A program made the translations under genes and the position numbers. 64,000 nt of DNA from Planctomycetota bacterium (GTDB lineage: Bacteria > Planctomycetota > UBA8108 > SXIK01): positions 1,056,001 through 1,120,000 of the forward strand of contig CBDCXR010000004.1 of assembly GCA_965223845.1 (NCBI GenBank). The letters are read 5' to 3'. How positions within the stretch are numbered: the stretch's first letter is position 1; every line of letters begins with the position of its first letter. Below the pieces are notes generated by a model. That model was not told where the DNA came from, did no database searches, and was given only the letters and a program-made list of their open reading frames with translations. Shown here piece by piece: positions 37,201 through 46,897 of this stretch.

Positions 37201-39110
37201 ACCCAGTCGCGACGACGCTCACGGTTCAGCGGGGACTGAATGGCACGACGGCGCGTCCGTTCATCGGCGGCGCGAGCATCACATTCAAGGGCGCGATCGT
37301 TCCTCAGGATACGGCCGTCCTCGCGGGCGGTGGGGTCGTCCCGTCGCCGGATGACGTGACCCCCGGGGCCGGACGCGATGGCGAGCTCCACGTCCGGTTC
37401 ATCCCGAGCACGGATCCCGACACCGGCCTGCCGCTCGAGGACCCCGATACCGGCGAGACGATTTCGCTGTGGGTCTTCGACACCGACGTCGGTGCGCTCA
37501 CCGATCCGAACGGCGATGTCGTGCTCGAGGTACGCACGGCGCAGACGAACCCGGGATTCATGGATCTCACCCGTCTCGTCATCGATCAGAATGCGACGCT
37601 TCGCGCGCAAGGGACGCGCCCGTTGATCATCTCGGTCGCCGGCGACGCAGAAATCTCCGGGGCGATCGATGTCTCGGGCTTCGCCGGTGGGGCGCTGCGG
37701 TTCTCGACGGCGGATCCGACCCGACCCCAGCCCGGATTGGGCGGCGGGGGAGGACCCGGCGGCGGAACCGGAGGTGCGGGCGGCCACATCGTCTACCGCA
37801 ACGGCGACGCGAGTGACAAGGATCCCGCGAACACGATTCCCGTGAGCGGCGAGGCTGGTGCCCTTCCCGCCGGAGTTCCCGAAGAGTGGGACATGACGCC
37901 GGTTCCGTACGGAAACGGCGGTGGCGAGAACCAGGCGGTCGTCTTCCCGGCGACCACTCGCGCGATCCCGGGTGCGAGTGTTCGCGGACAGAACTGTCTC
38001 CCCTGCGAGGAAACCGCGGGCGGTGGCGCCGGGGGCGGAAACAACGGTCGCGGAGCCGACGGCGGAGCGGCCGCGGCATTCCCGTCTCAGCTCGCCCCGG
38101 TCGACGCGGCCCTTCACGGAAGTGGAGGCGGTGTGTTCGGCTCGCAGCTCATGCGCTACGAAGGTGGGCTCTTCCTCTTCGGCGCGCCCGGAGGTTCGGG
38201 CGGAGGCGCGACCCCGCACACGTCGTCGTTCTACAACAACGGAATCGCGGCGCCCGGAAGCGTGCTCTTCGGCGGGCGCGGCGTGAGCGTACCGCGCGCC
38301 AAGGAGGCACCTGGGACCGGAGGCGGAGGAGGAGGAGGTTGTCTCTACATCCTCGCTCAAGACTTCTTCCTTCGGCCGGGCGGGCGCATCCTCGCTCGCG
38401 GTGGCGACGCATTCCAGAGCATCGACCTCGGCGGGAACGGCGGCGGCGGGGGAGGCGGAAACGTCCTGATCCGCGTCGCGAACTCGCTCACGCTCTCGCC
38501 GTCGGCGTCCGTCGACGTCAGCGGCGGACGCGCGAACCTCGCCGTGCCGATCGACCCGGGTCAGCAGCTTCCGCTCTACGAGGGCAACCTCCACGGGGCG
38601 AACAACGATCCGGCGCAGTTCGGCTTCTACGGTGGTGTCGGCGGAAACGGCGCGATCGGACGCGTTCGCATCGAAGCGGACCGCGCGTCGCTTGCGATTT
38701 CGTCGGGGCTCAATCCCTATCTTTCGACCGGTCCGTTCCTCCTCGACACGTTCGGCTCGGTCGGAGTCTCGAAGGCCATCGAGCTCGGAGTCGGGCCCGG
38801 AAACGCCGTGTTCGCGACGAATATTTCGCTCTCGGCCAGCTCGGTTCGCTACCACGACTTCGGCCAACCGCTGGGAACGGATTCAGTCGTCGTTTGGGAA
38901 GGAGCCGACGAGAGCCTCGATCGTCACGGCCTCGCGGGTCCGTTCATGCAGCGGATCGATGATCCGCGGCAGCTCGAGTTCAATCAGTTCACGCGGTTCC
39001 GCGTGAATCTGATCTCGAGCTCGTCGGCACAGGAGAGTCAGTCGGTGCGCCAGATTCAGCTCCGCTACTCGTACGCTCCTCGTCCCGACACGGATTGTCT
39101 CTTCCGCTGA
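34293..39110 (+). CDS. Giant Gly-rich lipoprotein (IPT/TIG + two Gly-rich modules)
   Basis: TAAGGAGG RBS, lipobox VSLG-C, IPT motif PGDEVTLIGLNF...VPSGVVSGNV, repeated GGGGGG-x-V-x-I-x-A motifs. Confidence 0.8.
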   Translation: MRIRCLTLWCVLSLIVSLGCEFDSSNSGSGGGSVGPGPGTTGAGAGPGTGGPAITAPILLDMVFQGDGICPGDEVTLIGLNFSSDLAENVVTFAAGVTRIRGLPLRVVFPTDDEASNGLESRLTVIVPSGVVSGNVELNVGGIPAGARGFTACPQIMAVTIGRNRDVEAMPFLGPLGFDAQRSFLELHGINFGEIQRVRLFDSQGNEANIPTNTIQRGVNQGGNPFDPDAPPPTGYSVIGFNLKDDRNDVPLSFPNSRDNMQVQIVGPGGSSNIVEVPIFDESTGQTVDTNPDNLGLVINGVKVPTGVRSGPVRIRYSVYDGQVNAAWRLNFEWKLLEDPADAWRIARPLEEDVLHDGVEGILGGTIRHPSGHRLFPGGGTVRTFTWDAQHDIVLCLLAEDQPIEDTRRDFAIQFRIRPEIDIADATRNIRLDHTWETPTIVYYYMEDLNGAELAASDLDKVVTEGFQDDVLEDAETTARWGPPSNIGALIGSLPQTLPATFGEGQEDIFLANQPLDPALIQWWSIDTTRMTISFNILDDQGTPADPNDDIQQIEPLDHFNPGRDDFEFHFRSLTIDPDVIVLVFGENPLVIRLSGTGNDDDIVFQCDGILDCDGVDGESTPRSLSANASHIGGRGGIGGPGGGPGGQGGTLVLANSSFNARVLEIILAGAGGNDGGSGGETTAAVEFTPDAVSQFWGAPGGGGGHRRPGGDGDTQFPKPVEYQPARAGLGGPARGEPAQLEQTAGSGGGGGGASIGRVGVNGIPTGLVTGGAGGGGGGGAVRIVASGSVRVGGTGLVSAAGGDGGISGGDRLEIPGGGQSPPVTAGGPGGGGSGGSIVIRATGFVDAGCESLNVDGGAGGIAGRVQNGVIRRSDVNLIAGSGSGSPGWIRVETLNGGSPSCAAFYAATTSTDCIAADDSVLPVASVEGFPPSGTILVSGEVATTSNSGACRDTGTGEFATEEMFYVAVDPVATTLTVQRGLNGTTARPFIGGASITFKGAIVPQDTAVLAGGGVVPSPDDVTPGAGRDGELHVRFIPSTDPDTGLPLEDPDTGETISLWVFDTDVGALTDPNGDVVLEVRTAQTNPGFMDLTRLVIDQNATLRAQGTRPLIISVAGDAEISGAIDVSGFAGGALRFSTADPTRPQPGLGGGGGPGGGTGGAGGHIVYRNGDASDKDPANTIPVSGEAGALPAGVPEEWDMTPVPYGNGGGENQAVVFPATTRAIPGASVRGQNCLPCEETAGGGAGGGNNGRGADGGAAAAFPSQLAPVDAALHGSGGGVFGSQLMRYEGGLFLFGAPGGSGGGATPHTSSFYNNGIAAPGSVLFGGRGVSVPRAKEAPGTGGGGGGGCLYILAQDFFLRPGGRILARGGDAFQSIDLGGNGGGGGGGNVLIRVANSLTLSPSASVDVSGGRANLAVPIDPGQQLPLYEGNLHGANNDPAQFGFYGGVGGNGAIGRVRIEADRASLAISSGLNPYLSTGPFLLDTFGSVGVSKAIELGVGPGNAVFATNISLSASSVRYHDFGQPLGTDSVVVWEGADESLDRHGLAGPFMQRIDDPRQLEFNQFTRFRVNLISSSSAQESQSVRQIQLRYSYAPRPDTDCLFR

Positions 39111-39139
39111 TCGACGAACGTCCGTAGGGGTGGAAACCG

Positions 39140-39182
39140 AAACCGGTGGCGAGCTCGACCTGAGCTCGCCACCGGTTTTTTT
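39140..39182 (+). terminator. Rho-independent terminator
   Basis: aaaccggtggcgagctc-gacct-gagctcgccaccggttt followed by a T tract, 30 nt after the stop at 39110. Confidence 0.9.
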
Positions 39183-39232
39183 CGTTCCCTGAGCGGGTGA
39201 CCGAATCTGCTGCGCGATGCGACGGGCGCAGG

Positions 39233-39241
39233 TGGTACAAT
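39233..39241 (+). promoter_or_regulatory. Putative extended -10 promoter for nusB-ftsY
   Basis: TGG-TACAAT about 70 nt upstream of the nusB ATG, just after a terminator. Confidence 0.45.
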
Positions 39242-39311
39242 CTCGGCCTTCCGGCCGGCGGGCCGCTTGCCGAGCGGACCTGCGTCCCCGGCCGAGCGAG
39301 ACGGCGGAGCG

Positions 39312-39761
39312 ATGCGCAAACGATCACTCTCCCGAGAAATCGGGCTTCAGACCCTCTACCAGTACGATCTCCAGAGTCAGGCCGACCCGGACCTCCGTCT
39401 CACGGTCGACGACTTCGAGGAGTTCATCACCGAGTCGACGGACGACCCCGAAGTCCGCGTTTTCACGCGGCATCTCGTCGACGGCGTGCTGGGTCGACTC
39501 GAATCGCTCGACGCCCGCATCGCCGAGGTCTCCGAGAACTGGCGACTTCACCGAACGGCGGCAGTGGATCGATGCGCGATCCGAATCGGCCTCTACGAGC
39601 TTCTCCACTCGCCCGAAATCCCGCCGAAGGTCGCGATCAACGAGGCGATCGATCTCGCGAAGAAATACTCCGGGGAACAGTCGGGCGCGTTCGTGAACGG
39701 GATTCTCGATCGCATCTACGATCTCGAGGGAAAGGTGACGGCGTCGAAGACCGCTCCCTGA
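39312..39761 (+). CDS. nusB: Transcription antitermination factor NusB
   Basis: [50 protein letters not shown]; ATG 39312. Confidence 0.95.
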   Translation: MRKRSLSREIGLQTLYQYDLQSQADPDLRLTVDDFEEFITESTDDPEVRVFTRHLVDGVLGRLESLDARIAEVSENWRLHRTAAVDRCAIRIGLYELLHSPEIPPKVAINEAIDLAKKYSGEQSGAFVNGILDRIYDLEGKVTASKTAP

Positions 39762-39889
39762 TCGCAGGTCTCGCGGGCGCGACTCGTCGGTGGGCCGGCG
39801 TGCGCGACGGGAGACACGCAGGTGTGATGCGCGGCGCGTTCGCCGTCGTCGAGCGCCACGTTCGGGCGGAGTGAGAGACGGACAATCTC

Positions 39890-41080
39890 ATGTTCAAGAA
39901 GTGGTTCGGAAAAGAGAAACGTTCCGAGGCGGCGCCGGCGAGTGAGGCCTCGAGCGGAGCCGACCGGGACGCGGGCGGCGCCGTCGTCGACGAGGCGCCT
40001 CCGCCTCCCGAGTCGGAAGCCGACGAGCACGCGTCGCCCGGCGTCCCGGAGGAGTCGAGCTCGGCGACGGCCACGGACGGCGACCCGGCGAGCCCACCTG
40101 AAGACTCGACCTCGACGACGACGGACGCCCCCCCGCCTTCCGTCGAAGAGGAAACGCCGAAGAAGAAGTCCCGCTGGGCTCGCTTCGCGGCCGGGCTAGC
40201 GAAGACGAAGAAGAATCTGACCACGCTCTTCAGTCTCCGCCGAGCGCTCGACGACGACTACCTCGACGAGCTCGAGTCGGAGCTCTACGGCGCCGACTTC
40301 GGGCCCGCGGTCGTCGCCCAGCTCATGGACGGAGAAGACGGAGTTCGTCCGGCTTGGAAGAGGAAGGAGATCGCGAACCCGGAAGACGTTCGTGGATACC
40401 TGAAGACTCAGCTCCGCGCGCAGCTCGAGCGTCGGGACGGCGGCATCGCGCGGGCGACGACCGGACCGACGGTGATCCTCGTCTGCGGCGTGAACGGAGC
40501 CGGAAAGACCACCTCGATCGCGAAGCTCGCGCACCGCCTTCGCGCCGAGGGGCACTCGGTCGTTCTGGCCGCGGCGGACACGTTCCGGGCGGCGGCCGTC
40601 GAGCAGCTCACGATCTGGAGCGAGCGGATCGGCGCGGACATCGTCACCGGAGACTCGGGCGCAGATCCAGCGTCGGTCGCCTTCCGTGGCGCTCAGAGGG
40701 CCGTCGAGACGGACGCGGACTATCTCATCGTCGACACCGCGGGTCGACTTCACACGCAGAAGAACTTGATGCGCGAGCTCGGCAAGATCCGATCGGTGCT
40801 CGGAAAGCAGATCGCGGAGGCTCCCCACGAGGCGCTTCTCGTTCTCGACGCGACCACCGGACAGAACGCGCTCAATCAGGCGCGCCTCTTCGGCGCCGAG
40901 GTCGACGTCTCCGGCCTCATCATCGCGAAGCTCGACGGGACGGCGAAGGGCGGGATCGTCGTGGCGATCAACAACGAGCTCGACGTGCCGGTCAAGTTCG
41001 TCGGGCTCGGGGAGAAGGTCGAAGACTTCGCCACCTTCGACTGCGAGCGCTTCGTCGAGGCTCTCTTCGACTCGGAGTGA
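39890..41080 (+). CDS. ftsY: Signal recognition particle receptor FtsY
   Basis: Acidic A domain; GVNGAGKTT, DTFRAAA, DTAGR, KLDGTAKGG, VGLGE. Confidence 0.97.
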   Translation: MFKKWFGKEKRSEAAPASEASSGADRDAGGAVVDEAPPPPESEADEHASPGVPEESSSATATDGDPASPPEDSTSTTTDAPPPSVEEETPKKKSRWARFAAGLAKTKKNLTTLFSLRRALDDDYLDELESELYGADFGPAVVAQLMDGEDGVRPAWKRKEIANPEDVRGYLKTQLRAQLERRDGGIARATTGPTVILVCGVNGAGKTTSIAKLAHRLRAEGHSVVLAAADTFRAAAVEQLTIWSERIGADIVTGDSGADPASVAFRGAQRAVETDADYLIVDTAGRLHTQKNLMRELGKIRSVLGKQIAEAPHEALLVLDATTGQNALNQARLFGAEVDVSGLIIAKLDGTAKGGIVVAINNELDVPVKFVGLGEKVEDFATFDCERFVEALFDSE

Positions 41081-41102
41081 GCGCTCCGCCCCAGGGTTCG
41101 AC

Positions 41103-41582
41103 TCAGTCCGGATCGCCCGCATCCATCGCGCGGTAGAGATTCGCCATCTGAGCCGCCGCGGCCGCCGCATCGGAGCCCTTGTTCCCCGCCTTCGTTCCCG
41201 CTCGCTCGATCGCCTGCTCGATCGTGTCGGTGGTGAGGATCCCGTAGATCACCGGGACGGGTGCTCCCCGTGCGACTGCGGCTACGCCCTTCGCGGACTC
41301 GCCGGCCACGTAATCGAAGTGCGGCGTCCCCCCGCGGATCACCGCCCCGAGGCAGATCACGGCGTCGTAGCGGTTCGCGGCCGCCACCCGCTCGGCGACC
41401 GGCGGGATTTCAAACGCCCCGGGCACCCAGAAGGTGTCGATCGCGTCCACGTCCGCGCCGAGCTTCGAGAGCGTTCCCTTCGCCCCGCGGACGAGGTGCT
41501 CGACGATGAAATCGTTGAATCGCGACGCAACGATCGCGAACGTGCGGCCGGATGCGTTGAGTGTGCCTTCGTATTCGGTCAT
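41103..41582 (-). CDS. ribH: 6,7-dimethyl-8-ribityllumazine synthase
   Basis: [41 protein letters not shown]. Confidence 0.97.
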   Translation of the reverse strand: MTEYEGTLNASGRTFAIVASRFNDFIVEHLVRGAKGTLSKLGADVDAIDTFWVPGAFEIPPVAERVAAANRYDAVICLGAVIRGGTPHFDYVAGESAKGVAAVARGAPVPVIYGILTTDTIEQAIERAGTKAGNKGSDAAAAAAQMANLYRAMDAGDPD

Positions 41583-41819
41583 GTCGTGCTCGTGGGAGAA
41601 GCGCGAGAATCCAAGATCATAGCGTGAAACGAGCGTGCGGTTCTACGCTACGCCCGCTATCCGCGGCCGGGGCGGGAGGCTCGGGCTCTCGCCGTCCCGC
41701 GCGCCACCGTTTCCATCGTCGGCGAAGGCGCGACGGAATGTTGCCGGTCGGTGCGCTGAGAGGCCCGCGGTCGCGAGCAGGAGCGGGTTATCGGCTCTAC
41801 GAGCGTTCGCGACGGAGAG

Positions 41820-43364
41820 TCATTCCCACTCGATCGTCGCGGGCGGCTTCGAGCAGAGATCGAGCACGACGCGGTTTACGCCGCGAACTTCATTGCAGAT
41901 GCGAGTCGAAATCCGGGCCAGAATCTCGCGCGGGAGATAGACCCAGTTCGCCGTCATGCCGTCGGTCGACTCGACGACTCGGAGCGCGACCACGTGCTCG
42001 TAGGTCCTCCGATCGCCCATGACTCCGACGGTCTGCACCGGGAGGAGGACGGCGAACGACTGCCAGATGCGATGGTAATTGTCGTAGGTCTGGACTTCCT
42101 CTTGGACGATGCGGTCCGCCGCGCGGAGCGTGTCCAGCCGCTCGTGGGTGACTTCGCCGAGAATGCGAACCGCGAGACCGGGCCCCGGGAACGGCTGCCG
42201 TTCGATCAAAGGTTCCGGGAGGCCGAGCTCGCGCCCGAGGCGGCGAACTTCGTCCTTGAAAAGGAACCGGAGGGGTTCGACGAGCTCGAACCCGAGCTCC
42301 GCGGGCAGGCCACCGACGTTGTGGTGGCTCTTGATCGTCGCCGACGGACCGCCGGTCGGCGACACACTCTCGATGATGTCCGGGTAGAGCGTCCCCTGAG
42401 CGAGAAACGCAACGTCCGCCAGCTCGGCGGCCTTGGCCCGGAAGACGTCGATGAACGTGTGGCCGATGCTCTTTCGCTTCGCCTCCGGGTCGACGATGCC
42501 GGCTAGGTTCGAGACGAATTGCTCGACCGCATCGACGACGTGGAGATTGAGGTGGAAGCTCTCGCGGAACGTGTTCGCCACGTCTGCTCGCTCACCGCTG
42601 CGAAGAAGGCCGTTGTCGACGAAGATGCAGTGAAGCTGCTCGCCGAGCGCGCGGTGGAGAAGCAGCGCCGCGACGGATGAGTCGACGCCCCCGGAGAGTC
42701 CGAGGACGACGTTTCGCGCCCCGACTTGCGCGCGGATCGCGTCCACTTGCTCGGTGATGAAGCTGCTGAGGGTCCAGTCACCGCGGCAGCCGCAAATCGA
42801 CGCGAGGAAGTTCTTGATGAGCGTCGTTCCTTGAGGGGTGTGAGTGACCTCGGGATGGAACTGAAGCCCGATGAATCCGCTCGGACGGTGTCTCACGGCG
42901 GCTAGAGGACAAGTACTCGTCTTGCCGAGGATTTCGAAGTCGCCGGTGAGCGAGCCGTTCTGGCTCACCTGATCGCCGTGGCTCATCCAAACGGTCGTTT
43001 CGCGATCGAGCCCGGCGAAGAGCGGATCGTCGGTGAGGGTGATCGTCGCTTCGCCGTACTCGCGGCGCTCCGACGGGATCACTTCGGCGCCGAGAAGACG
43101 ACATGCGAGCTGCATGCCGTAGCAGATGCCGAGGACGGGCACGTCGAGCTGAAGAAGCTCGGGATTGAGCTGGGGAGCCCCGTCTTCGTAGACGCTCGCC
43201 GGACCACCGGAGAGGATCACCCCGCGGAGGCCTTCCGAACGGAGCTGGGCGGGCGGCGTGTCGAACGGAAGGATCTCGCAGTACACGTTCTGCTCTCGGA
43301 CGCGCCGTGCGATGAGCTGAGTGTACTGGGAACCGAAATCGAGAATGGCGATGGTCTCTGCCAT
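41820..43364 (-). CDS. guaA: GMP synthase (glutamine-hydrolysing)
   Basis: LDFGSQY, GICYGMQ, QFHPEV, SGGVDSS, IKSHHNVGGLP, KPPATIEWE. Confidence 0.98.
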   Translation of the reverse strand: MAETIAILDFGSQYTQLIARRVREQNVYCEILPFDTPPAQLRSEGLRGVILSGGPASVYEDGAPQLNPELLQLDVPVLGICYGMQLACRLLGAEVIPSERREYGEATITLTDDPLFAGLDRETTVWMSHGDQVSQNGSLTGDFEILGKTSTCPLAAVRHRPSGFIGLQFHPEVTHTPQGTTLIKNFLASICGCRGDWTLSSFITEQVDAIRAQVGARNVVLGLSGGVDSSVAALLLHRALGEQLHCIFVDNGLLRSGERADVANTFRESFHLNLHVVDAVEQFVSNLAGIVDPEAKRKSIGHTFIDVFRAKAAELADVAFLAQGTLYPDIIESVSPTGGPSATIKSHHNVGGLPAELGFELVEPLRFLFKDEVRRLGRELGLPEPLIERQPFPGPGLAVRILGEVTHERLDTLRAADRIVQEEVQTYDNYHRIWQSFAVLLPVQTVGVMGDRRTYEHVVALRVVESTDGMTANWVYLPREILARISTRICNEVRGVNRVVLDLCSKPPATIEWE

Positions 43365-43460
43365 GAACTGTCTCTCTCGGAGTCAGCGCGTCCGCGAAGG
43401 CGGCTGCCGCTTCACTCGCCGAATCGGGTGAGAGCTGCGGGAGAGCTCCCAACCCATCAC

Positions 43461-44969
43461 CTAGGGGTTGTTCTTCACGCCGAGCACGGGCTCTTCGTAC
43501 GACTGGAGGCTGTGTACGAAACCTTCGCGCTGCGCGGACGGACTGCGCCGCTCGTAGCGGAGGGTCCCGCTCGCGAGCGCTTCGTGGAGCGCGTCGATCG
43601 ATCGGCAGCCGAGATCCTGGAGCGCCTGGCGGAGGCTCTGCACGATGTAGGCGATCAGATCGACGACGGAGCCTTTGTCGACGACGACGCCCGAGACGCC
43701 CTGAGCGACCTTGATCGCGTTGTCGTCGTACAGGTAGCGCTTGCCGCCGCCCTTCTGAATCGCTTCGGCCGAAGCCATGCCGCGGTACTTCTTGACGCGC
43801 ACGCCGTCCTGATAGAAGTACTCGCCCGGCGACTCTTGAGTGCCCGCCAGCATCGATCCCATCATGCCGGCGCTCGCGCCGCACGCGAGAGCCTTCGCGA
43901 GTCCGCCGGTCGTGGCGATGCCGCCGTCCGCGACGACCGGAACGCCGGCCTCGCGGCAGTACTTCGAGCAATAGTAAACCGCCGTCGCCTGCGCACGACC
44001 GCAAGCCATCGTTTCCTGCGTCGTACAGATCGAGCCGGGTCCCATCCCGACACGAATTCCGTCGGCGCCCGCGCGAATGAGGTTCTCGCACTGCTGCGTG
44101 GTGACGACGTTTCCCGCGATGACGTCGATGTCGGGACACTCCGTCTTCACGAAGCGGATCATTTCCTCTTGAAAGATCGAATCGCCCTGCGCGGAGTCCA
44201 CCACGATGGCGTCGACACCCGCGGCGGCGAGACCGAGGATACGATCGCGGTCCTCGGGGCGCGTCGACACCGCGGCGCCGACGCGGAGCTGCTTCCGCTC
44301 GTCCTTGCACGCCCACGGAAAGTCGCGGTTCTTCTTGAGGTCGGTGCGCGAGACGAGCGAGACGAGGAGCCCCGCGCTGTTCACGATCGGAAGCTTTCCC
44401 TTCTTCGATTCGCGGAGGAGCTCGTTGGCGCGAGGAAGGGAGACTCCTTCGGGCGCGGTGATGAGATCCGTCACCATCATCTCACGGAGAGGGCGGTCGC
44501 GGTTGCTCTCGAAATCGATGTCGCGACTCGTCACGATGCCGACGAGGCGGGTTTCGAGAGTGCCGTCCTCCGTGATCGGGATGCCGGAGAAGCCATCGCG
44601 CTCGCGGATCGCATCGATGTCGCGGATGCGGTGGTCGGGGCTGAGGACGATCGGGTCGGTGATGAAGCCGTTCTCGAACCGCTTGACCTTTCGGACCTCG
44701 CGGATCTGATCGTCGGGCGTCGCGTTGTAGTGGATGATGCCGATGCCGCCCTGGAGCGCCACGCCGATCGCCATCTTCGACTCGGTCACCGTGTCCATGG
44801 GCGAGCTCACGATGGGAGCCTTGAGGCTGATGCGGCGCGTGATGCGGGTCGACAGGTCGACGTCGTGGGCCCCGAAGTCGATGTGACCGGGTAGCAGAAT
44901 GAAGTCGTTGTAGGTCAGACCGTGCCGGCTCTCGAAGAGCTCGCGGGCGCTTTCGCCGTCTCGCTGCAT
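43461..44969 (-). CDS. guaB: IMP dehydrogenase with CBS pair (eukaryote-type sequence)
   Basis: SSPMDTVTE, catalytic loop [19 protein letters not shown]; start moved to ATG 44969 (GGAGAGG RBS). Confidence 0.96.
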   Translation of the reverse strand: MQRDGESARELFESRHGLTYNDFILLPGHIDFGAHDVDLSTRITRRISLKAPIVSSPMDTVTESKMAIGVALQGGIGIIHYNATPDDQIREVRKVKRFENGFITDPIVLSPDHRIRDIDAIRERDGFSGIPITEDGTLETRLVGIVTSRDIDFESNRDRPLREMMVTDLITAPEGVSLPRANELLRESKKGKLPIVNSAGLLVSLVSRTDLKKNRDFPWACKDERKQLRVGAAVSTRPEDRDRILGLAAAGVDAIVVDSAQGDSIFQEEMIRFVKTECPDIDVIAGNVVTTQQCENLIRAGADGIRVGMGPGSICTTQETMACGRAQATAVYYCSKYCREAGVPVVADGGIATTGGLAKALACGASAGMMGSMLAGTQESPGEYFYQDGVRVKKYRGMASAEAIQKGGGKRYLYDDNAIKVAQGVSGVVVDKGSVVDLIAYIVQSLRQALQDLGCRSIDALHEALASGTLRYERRSPSAQREGFVHSLQSYEEPVLGVKNNP

Positions 44970-45724
44970 CGTCACCTCTCCATGAGTCGCCGTCTCGCCT
45001 CCGGCGCCCGGCCGCGTCGGAACGGCGACCGCGGAGGCCGGACGAGGCGAGCTCGCGTTCCGGTGGCCTGAATCGGCCGGGCGAAACCCCGCGCGGCGAA
45101 CGCGCGATCGGCAAGTGCGACCCGACTCGGGTCGGGGGGTTCCCCGTTCGAGCGCCGTCGTCTCGGCGCAGCTTCGCGCACTGCCCAGCGGCTTCCCGAC
45201 CGCCGACAGGCGGTTTCGATCGAGCTCAGGAAATCCGTCCGCCGGCTTCGGCCGGCGCCGCGAGGGGTGCCTTCCACCGAAGTTGGAGCCTGCTTGCCGA
45301 GGGGGCTTCGTCGCTGGACGGGCCCGCTTGCCGAAGGGAATGAGCCACCACGGCGGCGTCGGCGGTGGAGGCCGAGCACGCCGATGGGCGGTCAAAGGAA
45401 GGATAAGAGAATAAGTACGCGGTTCCGGAAATCAAGGAAATAGCCGTGCTTCGCGGCTCGCGCGCCGTGACTCCTGTTTGCGATTAGATCCCGATCGCGC
45501 GAAAGCGGGCCGGGTGCTTCCCGACTCCAAATCAGCACCCGCTCGAGTCGGGTGAGATTGAAATGGGACCATCCCACGCCTATCATAGGCCACGTGCTCA
45601 AACCGTTTCTAAACAAACGCTTAAGAGAGTTTTCGGACGGCCGAACCGGCCGTGCACGGACCGGATTCTTCGATCGCGGTCCGCGCGCTCCGGCGCCGAA
45701 CGAGAACGACCAGGAGACCTCTGA

Positions 45725-46801
45725 ATGAGTGAGCCTGCCGCTTCGCCCGCCCCGTCGGGCGGCTCGCCCGATGATCTCGCCGCCGTCGAACTTCTTCAGA
45801 ATAAGCACCAGCAGATCCGCGATGAGCTAGCGAAGGTCATCGTCGGTCAGGACGAAGTGATCGAGCAGATCCTGATCTCGATCTTCGCTCGCGGACATTG
45901 CCTCCTCGTGGGTGTGCCGGGACTCGCGAAGACGCTGCTCATCAGTACGCTCGCGCGCTGTCTCTCGCTCTCGTTCTCTCGGATTCAGTTCACCCCCGAT
46001 CTCATGCCCTCCGATATCACCGGAACCGAGGTGATTCAGGAGGATCGAAGCACGGGCGAGCGCGAGTTTCGATTCCTCAAGGGGCCGGTGTTCGCCAATG
46101 TCATCCTCGCGGACGAGATCAACCGGACGCCGCCCAAGACGCAGGCCGCTCTGCTCGAGGCGATGCAGGAGCGCCAGGTGACGGCGGGGGGAAAGAAGCA
46201 CGAGCTCGAGGAGCCGTTCTTCGTTCTCGCGACTCAGAACCCGATCGAGCAGGAGGGTACGTATCCGCTGCCGGAGGCGCAGCTCGACCGGTTCATGTTC
46301 AATATCAGCGTCGACTATCCGAGTGAGGAGGAGGAGGTCGAGATCATGCGGCGGACGACGGTGACGCAAGACGCCGACGTCCAGGCGATCGTCTCCGGCG
46401 AAGAGATCCTCCAGCTGCAGGAGCTCGTCCGTCGCGTACCGGTGACCGACGAGATGATCCGCTACGTCCTCCGGCTCACGCGCGCGACGCGGATTTCGAA
46501 GGATGAGGCGCCCGACTACCTGAAGGAGTGGCTCCAGTGGGGCGCGGGGCCGCGCGCTTCGCAGTTTCTCATCCTCGGCGGCAAGGCCCGGGCGATTCTC
46601 CACGGTCGCACGTACGTCTCGCCCGAGGACATTCAAGCGGTTGCGTACCCCGTTCTCCGCCATCGGCTGCTCACGAATTTCAGCGCCGAGGCCGACGGGA
46701 TAACGTCGCAGACGATCATCGAGCGTCTCGTCAAGGAGACGCCGGTAAACGAGACGAGATCGCTCAAGGGATCGGGTACGCCGCGCGTGCTCGGCTCCTA
46801 G
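45725..46801 (+). CDS. moxR: MoxR-family AAA+ ATPase
   Basis: [63 protein letters not shown]. Confidence 0.95.
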   Translation: MSEPAASPAPSGGSPDDLAAVELLQNKHQQIRDELAKVIVGQDEVIEQILISIFARGHCLLVGVPGLAKTLLISTLARCLSLSFSRIQFTPDLMPSDITGTEVIQEDRSTGEREFRFLKGPVFANVILADEINRTPPKTQAALLEAMQERQVTAGGKKHELEEPFFVLATQNPIEQEGTYPLPEAQLDRFMFNISVDYPSEEEEVEIMRRTTVTQDADVQAIVSGEEILQLQELVRRVPVTDEMIRYVLRLTRATRISKDEAPDYLKEWLQWGAGPRASQFLILGGKARAILHGRTYVSPEDIQAVAYPVLRHRLLTNFSAEADGITSQTIIERLVKETPVNETRSLKGSGTPRVLGS

Positions 46802-46897
46802 GGGAAGCCCAACGTCGACGACTCACGACCTACGGCGTCTCGCCGCTATGCTCACCGAATCGGCTGAGAATGCGGATTAGAGAGAGGAGACCCCGCG

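Noticed and set aside
35481-38867. 1128-aa ORF on the minus strand (likewise 6515-8554, 10498-12624, 12724-14595, 20994-22595, 42978-44894 and others)
   Set aside because: Antisense shadows of well-supported genes; stop codons are scarce on the opposite strand in high-GC DNA, and the products are Arg-rich with no motifs.
44970-45395. 142-aa N-terminal extension of GuaB in the ORF track (also the extensions at 2761, 4759, 8689, 20952 and 28204)
   Set aside because: Downstream ATGs have better RBS and/or match family N-termini or signal peptides; the extensions look like non-coding read-through.
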